Shown in pieces: positions 26,742 to 35,480 of a DNA stretch of 35,480 nt. Numbering within the stretch: the stretch's first letter is position 1; each line of letters starts with the position of its first letter. Below the pieces are notes generated by a model, which was given only the letters and a program-made list of their open reading frames with translations, did not search any database and had not been told where the DNA came from. Location: assembly GCA_050633245.1 (NCBI GenBank), contig JBOEGD010000029.1, positions 1-35,480 on the forward strand, written 5' to 3'. A program made the translations under genes and the position numbers. This stretch comes from Calditrichia bacterium (GTDB lineage Bacteria; Calditrichota; Calditrichia; RBG-13-44-9; J075).

Positions 26742-28856
26742 TTACTTCGTCGTCATCGTATACACACCGTCCCAGTCCAGCGGTGGTGGGTTGATCGCAA
26801 AGTCATTGATGCGCTTCATGTAAACACGGGAAGGTCCATCGGTTGGAAGAAGACGCAGGCAATAACGGAAACACTCAGCGGCCTTTTCCCAGTTCTGCGC
26901 CTGATAATATTTGATACCATTGTTATAGATTGGCAGCATGCTGAGAATACGTTCATCGATCTTTCGATTTTTACGCGCCATCAGCTCGAATACCTGAACC
27001 GGCTTACGCTTTCCCTTTACGCGGATCAGATCTAATGGCCTTGCTACAACGGCACGCTTCACCAGTTGGTAGGTCGACTCGCTAATCATATTCTTGGTGC
27101 CGTATTCCTTATTGGCACCTTCCAGACGCGCAGCAAGGTTCACCTCATCACCAAGAACCGTGTAATCAAACACTTTTTTCGATCCCATATTACCAATCAC
27201 CATATTACCGGAGTTTATACCGGCACGACAGGTAAGAACCGGCTTGCCTTCGCTGCGCCACTTCTTACCCAAAACCAGTAGTTTTTCCTGCATTTCCAAA
27301 GCACAAAGACAGGCATTCACGGCATGCTCTTCGTAGAATACCGGTGCACCGAACTCAGCCATAATCGCATCGCCTTCATACTTATCAATAATGCCATCGT
27401 ATTTGAAAACGATCTCGGTCATTTCAGTAAGATATTCCGTTAGCAGCACGACCAGCTCTTGTGGTTTTAGAACCTCGGAGATTGTCGTAAAACCAGCGAC
27501 ATCGGTAAAGATTACAGACAAGAAGCGTTCTTCGCCACCAAGCTGAAGTTTATCCGGCTGTTCGAGGAGCTCATCAATCACTTTTTCCGGCAGATATTGC
27601 TGGAAGGCGCCAAGTAGCTTACGCTTCTCTTTTTGCAGCTCGATTCGCTGATACACGTTTGTTGTTACCAGTCCCAGCACCATCGCCAGCGTTGGAAACA
27701 CCATATCGCCAACCAACTTCATCGCTGTAAACAAATAAACCTGAAGCAGATTATAGCCGAGTACCAAAGCGACGCTTGAAAACAACACCACCCACAGATT
27801 GTTAAAACGCACTACAAGAAACAGTATTATCCCAAGTGCAACTAACAACATGGCCAGGGTTATCATCGGGTTGATGCGCTGGTAATAACCGTTGCTCAGA
27901 ATCGAATTCAGAGCATTTGCATGAATCTCCACTCCCGGCATTTCGCGTGGTGTTCCACGATGCTCTAAAAAGGGTGTCGGGAAATTATCGTGCAGCTCGG
28001 CAACGGTCGAGCCAATAAGCACAATTTTATCTTTGAAGACGCCATCCGGCAATAAATCGTCATCAAAATAATTCAAATCAAACTCTTCGCCCAAATCGAA
28101 CTCGGCGTCATCCATTACGTTCGAAAAGGAGTAGGTTGGAAAGGTACCATCAGGTCCGGCATAGTCAATCAGGAGCGTATTTTGTTCAAATAGCGGTACG
28201 TCATAGTCACCAAAGCGGAAGGCACTGTTACTCACATCCGGCTCTAACTCCACAGCATTGCTATAGCCAACATACTTGCGCAGCAGCTCGATGCCAAATG
28301 CCGGCCAGAAGCGTTCCTGATGCAGCTGTGCCACCGGATATCGGCGATAGATACCATCTCCATCAGATTGAATTGAAACGAGCCCAACTGACCCATCAGC
28401 GGCAGTTTTAAACAGCTCAATCGGTTCCAGCGGCGCAAAATAGCTACGCAGGCGACTGGTCTGCTCCAGCTTTCCAGCCATTACAACATTGCCTCTTTCC
28501 TGAATAGCTTCGGCAAGTTCGCGATCGCGCTCCGGATACTGCTCATCCGGGCTGTCGAAAATGACGTCAATCCCGATGGCCTTGGCACCGGCACGATTCA
28601 GATTACGCACCACGCGAGCATAGTAAGAACGGGGCCAGGGCCAACGTTCGGGAAGTGCTTCAAACGACTGGTCGTCTATGGCAACAATTACAACAGGCGA
28701 GTCCGAAAGGTCTTCCACTCCACGCCATTCAAAGCGCCAGTCAACGGTTTTTAACTCAAGACTATCTAATGTGGGAATTGTCTTGCGAAGCAAGAAGGAA
28801 ATAACAAGAACCGCCGGTACGATGAGTACCAGCGTTATAAGTTTACGAAATTTCAT
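26742..28856 (-). CDS. CHASE2-domain class III adenylate cyclase with a C-terminal TPR-like tail
   Basis: N-terminal TM; CHASE2 (VVIVAIDD.S, RWPWPR, IGIDVIF, D.DG.YRR, FKDKIVLIG, PTPF, MPGVEIHA); 3 TM helices; FTDVAGFT, DKYEGDAIMA, DYTVLGDEVNLAARLE (Lys/Asp = ATP specificity); WDGVY. Confidence 0.93.
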   Translation of the reverse strand: MKFRKLITLVLIVPAVLVISFLLRKTIPTLDSLELKTVDWRFEWRGVEDLSDSPVVIVAIDDQSFEALPERWPWPRSYYARVVRNLNRAGAKAIGIDVIFDSPDEQYPERDRELAEAIQERGNVVMAGKLEQTSRLRSYFAPLEPIELFKTAADGSVGLVSIQSDGDGIYRRYPVAQLHQERFWPAFGIELLRKYVGYSNAVELEPDVSNSAFRFGDYDVPLFEQNTLLIDYAGPDGTFPTYSFSNVMDDAEFDLGEEFDLNYFDDDLLPDGVFKDKIVLIGSTVAELHDNFPTPFLEHRGTPREMPGVEIHANALNSILSNGYYQRINPMITLAMLLVALGIILFLVVRFNNLWVVLFSSVALVLGYNLLQVYLFTAMKLVGDMVFPTLAMVLGLVTTNVYQRIELQKEKRKLLGAFQQYLPEKVIDELLEQPDKLQLGGEERFLSVIFTDVAGFTTISEVLKPQELVVLLTEYLTEMTEIVFKYDGIIDKYEGDAIMAEFGAPVFYEEHAVNACLCALEMQEKLLVLGKKWRSEGKPVLTCRAGINSGNMVIGNMGSKKVFDYTVLGDEVNLAARLEGANKEYGTKNMISESTYQLVKRAVVARPLDLIRVKGKRKPVQVFELMARKNRKIDERILSMLPIYNNGIKYYQAQNWEKAAECFRYCLRLLPTDGPSRVYMKRINDFAINPPPLDWDGVYTMTTK

Positions 28857-28875
28857 TTAGACCAATACGCTCCGC

Positions 28876-31275
28876 TTAAAACGTTATGTCGTAGCGCGCA
28901 GTTATCAGGAAATCTTTAAACTGTCGATCGCCGCTATAATTAATCATGTCCGCATTAAATGAGATGCGCCCCGCTGCGGGCATTGTATAGATTAAGCGGC
29001 CATTGAATGACGTACGATTATAATCCACTTCGCTGTCCGCGATTTGCAGATCACTTGAGATCTTATTGCCGACGGAACCGAGCCGAGCATTCGTCGCAAG
29101 AACCAGCGCATCACCGAGAGCAAACAACTGATTAAAGCGATATTCCAGTCCCAAGCCAAACGTATTAAGCGCTAATTCGGCCTTGCTATTATTAAAATCG
29201 ATCGTGTTCTCGGTTTGCTGAAAACTAAACGAAAGACGCGTACGAAGTGGAAAGGAATAGCGGGTATTCAGCTCAAACTGCACCGTGTTCGACAAGTTTT
29301 CACTTCCGAGATCTGTATTATCAGTACGATTGTAGTTGATCAGATTCAGACTCAATCTGTTGTTCAAACTTGAAACCGCAAACGGCACGCTGGTTGAGAA
29401 ATTAATGGTATTGCTACGATTGTCCTCAACGAAGCCAAATGTCGAATCCGGATCGATATCATTCTTGCGATCATAATTTGTAAAGCCAACGGAGATACTC
29501 GGGAGATTGCGTATTGGAAAATAGGACAGATTAAACGATAGTGTTCGATTATCCGTTGTGCCTGGTTTGTTGTCATTCAAGTTGTTCCGATACTGCTGAA
29601 ATCGCAGATTCAGGAACAGCTGATTTTGCAGTAAACGAATATTGTCTGTGATGGCAAATCCGCGATTATCGCGCAGCAGATAAGGCTGACCAAAGGAGTT
29701 GTATTCATCAGAAACAGATTTGTACGAAACCGTCAATCTATTGTTTTTGATAAAGTTGAAGCGTGCTGTTCCGTCAAATGCAATTCCCGGAAAGACGATC
29801 AGATATTGGTTCACTGTAAGAAAACGACTGGCAAAATTGTAGGCGCCTTCAGGAATATCAATACCGAGGTTGCGCAGCGTATCGAGCGCGGTGTCTTCAC
29901 CATTACCAATGTCTGTATTTAAAAAGCTTAGATTAAAGCTTCCTTCAAGAATAATTTTATTGTCTTTGCTGGCAACGTAGAGATCCGTTCCAGCTGCGGC
30001 GGCTTCCTGTGGTCGCAGACCTTTGCGAATCGAAGCAATATCATCACTACCGCGCACCCCGCTCACGCCCCACTGAAAGTAATCCCGGTTTCCGGTACTA
30101 ATCCGTACACCGGTCAGGTTGCGTTGAAACGAGCCCGGAAGCGTGTCGTTAACACCTACAGTGGTCGTACTATCGACAATGCCTTCGATGCCACGGCGCG
30201 TAGCACCCGTTGTAAAGTCGAGGTTTAAAAATTTCATGTGTAGCTGACCATGAAAACCACGAACGCGAGTATTCTGAAGTATTAGAGCGCCATACTGCGG
30301 ATAAACATCGCCACCGGCCAGACGTAGGAATCTCTTATCCCAAAAGTTCGAGCGGAACCAAACTGAATACCGATTGATTGGCTGGAGCGCATCATCTTCA
30401 CGATTCGAGAAATAGAGACGAGTTCCAAAATTGATAGAGTTTGTGCTCGCATTCAGTCGAATGCCGGCCTTGGTATAACGATCTTCACGAAAGCCATCGG
30501 CCAGACTCTCAAACCGGTTCTCAGCGAACACATTTCCAGTCCAGAGAAGCCCGGTTGAGGGAGCAACTTTTTTCTCGATGGTTGCGCGCTCACTTGCGGT
30601 AAACTGCCATACTTTACTGGCAACCTGTCGGCCGCTGCGATCGAATAACTTCAGAGTAATCTTATGACTGCCCGGAGGAACCTGTCTTGGTGAAAAGGTA
30701 AGAAACTCATCATACATCTTTACATAGCGAGAAACGTCCCAATTATTCAGAAAAAGCTTGGTGCGCTCACCGTCGACCTGACTGGCAATTTGAAAAAAGG
30801 AAACCGTCAGCACGAATTCATTGGTATAGATGCGTTCACCGGCTTCGGGGCTAACCACCACAATTTGTCCATCACCAGAGTCGAAGCCCTGATTGGCAGC
30901 TACGGTTAGTAGCTCGCTTTCCGGAGCTGTGGCAGGGTAGCTGGTGCGTCGGCCATCGGCAAACTCCACATCCAGATAGTATTCAACCATGCCGCCCTTA
31001 TAGGAAGACAAATCGACGCTGGCTAAATAACGCAGCCCTTCCGGAGACATGCGACGTGTTTTAAAGTGATTTTCACTGAATTCACGATAATGCACGCGCA
31101 TCGCCTGAATTGGTGATCGCGAGTAATTGGTAAGATCTACTTCAAGCTGAAGCTGGCCGTCGTCATCTACATAAGGTGTAGATACGAAGCGAACTTCGGC
31201 TAATTCATTTGCAAAGACGTTACATGCAAAGAGCAAGAGTACTAATAGGGCGTTCAAAAAACGTATCATTCGCAT
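28876..31275 (-). CDS. Uncharacterised outer-membrane protein: N-terminal beta-sandwich-like domains plus a large beta-barrel
   Basis: Signal peptide; about 550 C-terminal residues of amphipathic beta-strands; ends ARYDITF (terminal Phe, BAM-type signal); TAATG-coupled to the FecR gene. Confidence 0.7.
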   Translation of the reverse strand: MRMIRFLNALLVLLLFACNVFANELAEVRFVSTPYVDDDGQLQLEVDLTNYSRSPIQAMRVHYREFSENHFKTRRMSPEGLRYLASVDLSSYKGGMVEYYLDVEFADGRRTSYPATAPESELLTVAANQGFDSGDGQIVVVSPEAGERIYTNEFVLTVSFFQIASQVDGERTKLFLNNWDVSRYVKMYDEFLTFSPRQVPPGSHKITLKLFDRSGRQVASKVWQFTASERATIEKKVAPSTGLLWTGNVFAENRFESLADGFREDRYTKAGIRLNASTNSINFGTRLYFSNREDDALQPINRYSVWFRSNFWDKRFLRLAGGDVYPQYGALILQNTRVRGFHGQLHMKFLNLDFTTGATRRGIEGIVDSTTTVGVNDTLPGSFQRNLTGVRISTGNRDYFQWGVSGVRGSDDIASIRKGLRPQEAAAAGTDLYVASKDNKIILEGSFNLSFLNTDIGNGEDTALDTLRNLGIDIPEGAYNFASRFLTVNQYLIVFPGIAFDGTARFNFIKNNRLTVSYKSVSDEYNSFGQPYLLRDNRGFAITDNIRLLQNQLFLNLRFQQYRNNLNDNKPGTTDNRTLSFNLSYFPIRNLPSISVGFTNYDRKNDIDPDSTFGFVEDNRSNTINFSTSVPFAVSSLNNRLSLNLINYNRTDNTDLGSENLSNTVQFELNTRYSFPLRTRLSFSFQQTENTIDFNNSKAELALNTFGLGLEYRFNQLFALGDALVLATNARLGSVGNKISSDLQIADSEVDYNRTSFNGRLIYTMPAAGRISFNADMINYSGDRQFKDFLITARYDITF

Positions 31276-31943
31276 TAATCCTGGATTTGCAGTCGCAGTA
31301 CTTTTTTCTGTCCGTTAGAATCGTTGAATTCAAAATCCAGCGATTTTTCTGATTCCGTATCCTCTTCATCCGGAATATCTCCGGAGTCTGTGAGGCGAAC
31401 AATCGGCAGCTTGGTTTTAGACTGAACAATGCCGGTTTGTCCTGCTCTCACCAGCACCTTGCCAGCCTTGTTTTCGACTTCTAGAACACCTTCAGTACAA
31501 ACATATTTTGTTTCCGAAGTAATCTTGTTCTGAATTACCCAGAACATTGTTCCCTTCACCGAGGCCACAGACGTTGGTGTCGTAACTTGAAAAGTGGTTT
31601 TTTGCTTAAAAATGCTGGCGAAGAATGTGCCAATCTCAACGAAGATATTTTTTTCAATGGTACTTTTTTTGCGCGTCCCTTCAATAATACAGGAGGAGTT
31701 TTCTTTTATGCGCAGCAGGCTTTTATCATCCAAAAACTTAATCGCGCAAAATGCCCCCTTGGCTGTTTTCAGCTTGTCCTTATGCTGTAAAACATAGCCC
31801 TTCTTGGCATCAACGCTTTTAACCTTCAAATTTGGCGTAATATCGACATCACCGCGGGACTTAACGACCACAGCAACGTTCTCATCTGCAAGACCGATCG
31901 CAAAGCATCCGAGTAAGATAATTGCGAAGCAGGTAAATTTCAT
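31275..31943 (-). CDS. Periplasmic FecR-domain protein lacking the N-terminal anti-sigma domain
   Basis: Signal peptide followed directly by AVVVK.RG.V, L...D.LKT, I.F.DD.S.LRI.ENS, F.VTTPTSVASVKGT.FWV, EG.LEV.N..G.V.V.AGQ. Confidence 0.85.
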   Translation of the reverse strand: MKFTCFAIILLGCFAIGLADENVAVVVKSRGDVDITPNLKVKSVDAKKGYVLQHKDKLKTAKGAFCAIKFLDDKSLLRIKENSSCIIEGTRKKSTIEKNIFVEIGTFFASIFKQKTTFQVTTPTSVASVKGTMFWVIQNKITSETKYVCTEGVLEVENKAGKVLVRAGQTGIVQSKTKLPIVRLTDSGDIPDEEDTESEKSLDFEFNDSNGQKKVLRLQIQD

Positions 31944-31985
31944 AGGATCAGTCCTTCCGTTCAGATTGCTTTCTAAAAGCGGGGT

Positions 31986-33200
31986 TTAGTAAACTTCAAC
32001 CTCTTTAATCGTAGCCTTTCCCTGAATTATCGCATTTAAGTATTGCAGTAACTCAGAGACTTCCAGTGCAGTGCCTTCAACGCTGATGTCGCCTGTCGGC
32101 TCAAATCCCTTTTCAACGAGTTCCTGATTGACAATGCCATAGCGTGGGCCAAGCATCTGCTGTAGAATCTGCAGAATAAGTCGCGAACTGTTTCCGGCAT
32201 TTGCTAAATCAGAAACTTTAAAACGAAAGACGTCGCTTTCCAGTTGATCTGCTCCAATAGCCGTCGGGATTACAGAGGTTATCTGCCAGTAGTATGTTGC
32301 GCCGCTACGAAGCGGGCGAACTGGTCCTACAACTTCACCAGAGGTTAATAATGGATCGCTCTCGGTGGGATATTGGAAGAAGTTTTGCTTAAATTTGTCC
32401 AGAGATAAAACAGGAGGATGGCTTAATACATCGTCGATAGATTCATCTTCGTCGTATTTCTCAAAAACCTGTAGCGTATAGAATGGAGGTTCATCAGAGC
32501 TTTGGCTGGCAAATTTCTCGGCTTGCTGAAAGCCAAAAGAAGCGGGGTCAATATCGCTTTGCCACTGAAAGAATGGGAAGAGTGTTCCCACTTCTTCAAC
32601 CTCACTATCGTTAGCCGAACGCCCGGGGAACAAAGGTTCCAAAGTGGTGGGGTTGGTGATTGTCATAACATTATCACCAAGGAACGGATCTGAAAGTGCA
32701 GCAGAGGCGCAGTCCAGACCGATTGTTTGATCACCGTAAAACATACGAACCTGATAGGTACCTGCCGGAGCACGCCCGGTTGAGAGCACCTGCGACTCCA
32801 GCTCATTAACGGTCGTAAAATCTACCGTTGTATTGAGAAAGCGAACCGGCTGACCATTTATAGAGGCAATATTCTGATTAATCGCCTGGCTGGTAAGCAC
32901 ATATTGCTGTGATGATGGAACCTGAGGAATAATATCCGATTCCGATTGGGCAATGATGTCGCCATTATAACGCACTTCAAGACACAAGATCAGATCTTGC
33001 GGCTCGTTGGAAAGATTTTGAATTTGAACTATATAGTAAGGATCTACCAGACCGGTGCGGGCAAAATCGAAGTCACCTATTGGGAAAATTTGGGCATTTG
33101 CATTTATCAGTTGCAAATCGACCTGAAAATTACCTTGTGGAAATGCCCAGAGGCTGGTAAATAGTGCGATTAGAAATGTTAATCGACGCGTAAATTTCAT
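31986..33200 (-). CDS. Uncharacterised exported beta-rich protein (Ig/FnIII-like; C-terminal half resembles DUF928-type motifs)
   Basis: Signal peptide; PAGTYQV; P.FQW...YTLQVFE...FFQYP...LRSGATYYWQI...SDVFRFKV; AAGGAG SD. Confidence 0.6.
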   Translation of the reverse strand: MKFTRRLTFLIALFTSLWAFPQGNFQVDLQLINANAQIFPIGDFDFARTGLVDPYYIVQIQNLSNEPQDLILCLEVRYNGDIIAQSESDIIPQVPSSQQYVLTSQAINQNIASINGQPVRFLNTTVDFTTVNELESQVLSTGRAPAGTYQVRMFYGDQTIGLDCASAALSDPFLGDNVMTITNPTTLEPLFPGRSANDSEVEEVGTLFPFFQWQSDIDPASFGFQQAEKFASQSSDEPPFYTLQVFEKYDEDESIDDVLSHPPVLSLDKFKQNFFQYPTESDPLLTSGEVVGPVRPLRSGATYYWQITSVIPTAIGADQLESDVFRFKVSDLANAGNSSRLILQILQQMLGPRYGIVNQELVEKGFEPTGDISVEGTALEVSELLQYLNAIIQGKATIKEVEVY

Positions 33201-33295
33201 GCAGTGCTCCTTTTTTTACAGCACGATTCGGGCATGATGAGAGCAAGATCGTATCTAATTTCAACTATTTGGAGTAAAGTAGTCAGCCGATGCGA

Positions 33296-33817
33296 TTAAG
33301 ATTCAGGTTCAATTGCTTCGAATTCCAGAATCGGTTGACCAACAGCGACCAGTGCACCTTCATCGAAATGAATTTTTTCTACAACACCAGCACGCGCTGC
33401 CTTTACTTCATTCTCCATCTTCATCGCTTCGACGATAAACAAGCGCTCACCTTTTTGGACACTGTCACCTTCGGAAACGAAAAGCTTCAACAGCTTACCG
33501 GGCATTGGGGCACCAACTTCGTTACCTGCCTCTTCACTGCCACCCGATCCACCACCAAATATGGCTGAATCCTTGAGGAGCAGATTGAAAACGTATTGAC
33601 GTCCATTTAGCGAGACATAAACTTGTTCACCATCGCGACATCCGTGTACGGTGGTGGATTGCCCATTCATCTGAATGACAAAGCTGGTTTCGCCGGATTG
33701 TTGCAGCTTACCCTGATGAGGGTTCCCATTAACTGCTGCGCTGAAATGCGTATCGCCTTCCTGCGAAAACTCAACTTCGTGAACGTCCTGTTGAAACTGT
33801 AATTTACGTAGAGCCAC
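33296..33817 (-). CDS. Biotin carboxyl carrier protein with an N-terminal BT-like domain (acyl-CoA carboxylase)
   Basis: APMPGK, V.EGD.V.KG..L.IVEAMKMENE (biotinyl Lys); GTG 33817 follows AAAGG; start uncertain (track gives 33847). Confidence 0.88.
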   Translation of the reverse strand: MALRKLQFQQDVHEVEFSQEGDTHFSAAVNGNPHQGKLQQSGETSFVIQMNGQSTTVHGCRDGEQVYVSLNGRQYVFNLLLKDSAIFGGGSGGSEEAGNEVGAPMPGKLLKLFVSEGDSVQKGERLFIVEAMKMENEVKAARAGVVEKIHFDEGALVAVGQPILEFEAIEPES

Positions 33818-33917
33818 TCGTTTTAACCTTTCACGGGCGACTTGCAAAATCTAGTCGCCGACCTTTCGACCTCGTGTGATACATATCGTCCATTTGGGAT
33901 ATTATTTTATTTAAGAA

Positions 33918-35414
33918 TCAACTCATTTGCCAATCACCAAGACTTTGCCAGGGCGTTGGATCTTCTCGATCACCTTCTGCTCGAACAGCTGTTTTCCCTT
34001 TGGAAGCAAAGGCTGCAGCAGCTAAAAGTGCCAGCACTTTTTCTGGCTCAGCAGGTTCATTCTTCCAATCGGCAAAATGCTCGGGAAGAAAGCCGGTATG
34101 CAGATCGCCACTAACAAAAGCCGGATGGTTTATCAATTCTTTCAGGAAGGCAAGAGGGGTTTCTACACCAAGAATAACATAGTCGGAAAGCGCCAGGGTA
34201 AGACGAGAAATCGCTGCTTCACGGGTTTCATCCCACACGATAAGCTTCGACAATATAGGATCGTAAAAATGCGTAACGTCCATGCCTGTTCGTACTCCAC
34301 TATCGACGCGAATTCCCGGTCCGGCAGGCTCTTTAACCAGCTGAAGCTTACCGATTGAAGGCAGAAAGTTTGTCTCGGCATTCTCGGCATAAATCCGGCA
34401 CTCTATTGAATGACCTCGCTGAGTAATATCGGATTGTTTGAAAGCCAGCTTCTCTCCACGTGCCACGCGAATTTGTTGTTTAACCAAATCTATCCCCGTA
34501 ACCATTTCCGTTACCGGATGCTCCACCTGAATTCGCGCATTTACCTCGAGAAAGTAGAAGTTCTTCTCTTCATCCAGCAAAAACTCTACTGTTCCGGCAC
34601 TGGTATAGTTTACCGCTTCCATTACGCGGCAGGCCGTTTTACCCATACGCTCACGCAATTCATCATCCAATGCGGGTGAAGGTGTTTCTTCCACAATTTT
34701 TTGGTGTCGACGTTGAATCGAACATTCGCGCTCAAATAAATGCACCGTATTACCATGCGTATCGGCTAGCACTTGATATTCGATGTGACGTGGACGCTCA
34801 ATAAATTTTTCCATATAAACTGTATCATCGCCAAATGCCGATCCGGCTTCACGCTGTCCGGCTTCTACAGCAGACATTAGATCGTCTGCATTGTGCACCA
34901 CACGCATACCTTTTCCACCACCGCCTGCTGCAGCTTTAACCATCACCGGAAAACCGATATCTTCAGCCAACTTGCGAACGTCTTTTTCCGATAGCCCTTT
35001 TATTTCGGCACCGGGAGTCTGCGGCACACCGGCATTCAGCATAGCTTCGCGCGCCTTCAGTTTATCTCCAACTTGCTCGATAGACTCAGCAGAGGGGCCA
35101 ATAAAATTGAGCCCGGCGGCGATACAGCGGCGCGCGAAGACAGCATTTTCCGAAAGAAAGCCATATCCGGGATGCAGCGCATCACAACCGGTATCTGCAG
35201 CTGCTTTCAACACATTGTCAATGTTAAGATAGCTCTCCAATGGTGGGGCGGGGCCAATCTCAACGACTTCATCTGCCGCAAGAGCATGCGGCGCCAAGCG
35301 ATCTACTTCTGAACAAACAGCCACCGTTAACAAACCCATTTCGCGACAGGCGCGAATAACGCGAACGGCGATTTCACCACGATTTGCAATCAGCACTTTT
35401 GTCATTTTTTTCAT
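33918..35414 (-). CDS. Biotin carboxylase subunit of an acyl-CoA (acetyl/propionyl/methylcrotonyl-CoA) carboxylase
   Basis: KVLIANRGEIAVRVIRAC, HPGYGFLSENA, KAAAGGGGKGMR, ERECSIQRRHQK, FLEVNARIQVEHPVTE, RIYAE, YDPILSKL. Confidence 0.95.
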   Translation of the reverse strand: MKKMTKVLIANRGEIAVRVIRACREMGLLTVAVCSEVDRLAPHALAADEVVEIGPAPPLESYLNIDNVLKAAADTGCDALHPGYGFLSENAVFARRCIAAGLNFIGPSAESIEQVGDKLKAREAMLNAGVPQTPGAEIKGLSEKDVRKLAEDIGFPVMVKAAAGGGGKGMRVVHNADDLMSAVEAGQREAGSAFGDDTVYMEKFIERPRHIEYQVLADTHGNTVHLFERECSIQRRHQKIVEETPSPALDDELRERMGKTACRVMEAVNYTSAGTVEFLLDEEKNFYFLEVNARIQVEHPVTEMVTGIDLVKQQIRVARGEKLAFKQSDITQRGHSIECRIYAENAETNFLPSIGKLQLVKEPAGPGIRVDSGVRTGMDVTHFYDPILSKLIVWDETREAAISRLTLALSDYVILGVETPLAFLKELINHPAFVSGDLHTGFLPEHFADWKNEPAEPEKVLALLAAAAFASKGKTAVRAEGDREDPTPWQSLGDWQMS

Positions 35415-35459
35415 AATATATCCGAAGTTCAGAATTCTTATTTCAACATTTGAATTTTA

Positions 35460-35480
35460 CAGTGAACAGTGAACAGTGAA
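35460..35480. repeat. Heptamer tandem repeat (CAGTGAA)x3, truncated by the window edge
   Basis: CAGTGAA CAGTGAA CAGTGAA. Confidence 0.7.

Noticed and set aside
33836-33859. GGCGACT-N10-AGTCGCC hairpin between the BC and BCCP genes
   Set aside because: Short 7-bp stem with no U-tract; could be chance or a REP remnant, so support is insufficient.
1-35480. Prophage, IS element, integron or defence island
   Set aside because: No integrase, transposase, phage or recognisable defence genes; the content is mostly housekeeping and envelope functions.

Overview
Chromosomal window from a diderm bacterium, inferred to be an FCB-superphylum lineage such as Calditrichota/Ignavibacteria/KSB1. The basis is a secreted protein with a YPNPFNP/FlgD-like C-terminal domain, a DUF5777-like barrel and clear GGAGG Shine-Dalgarno use; this assignment is not verified. 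About 28 CDSs are present: an OM beta-barrel/SpoIID-LytB/double-SPOR peptidoglycan cluster, ilvE, a GT39 glycosyltransferase, PolX-PHP, a SAM methyltransferase, SRAP/YedK, a PfkB kinase, hrcA-dnaJ-comEA-like, a CX4CH lipoprotein/YceI/DUF5777 operon, a degenerate PPC protein, an MntR/TroR-controlled Mn ABC operon with a perfect operator palindrome, nadK-GT2, a ~1,124-aa secreted protein, a four-gene envelope-spanning signalling operon, and a split biotin carboxylase/BCCP pair. No rRNA, tRNA, CRISPR array or transposase was seen. The most interesting signals are: (1) a sigma-less FecR + OM barrel + CHASE2 adenylate cyclase operon; (2) a candidate ECF-sigma-driven ~60-nt sRNA with an anti-Shine-Dalgarno seed; (3) a strand-specific, G-U-supported structured RNA upstream of polX; and (4) 7-bp-period repeat tracts next to genes and at both window ends. 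All calls come from motif reading only; no database searches were run.
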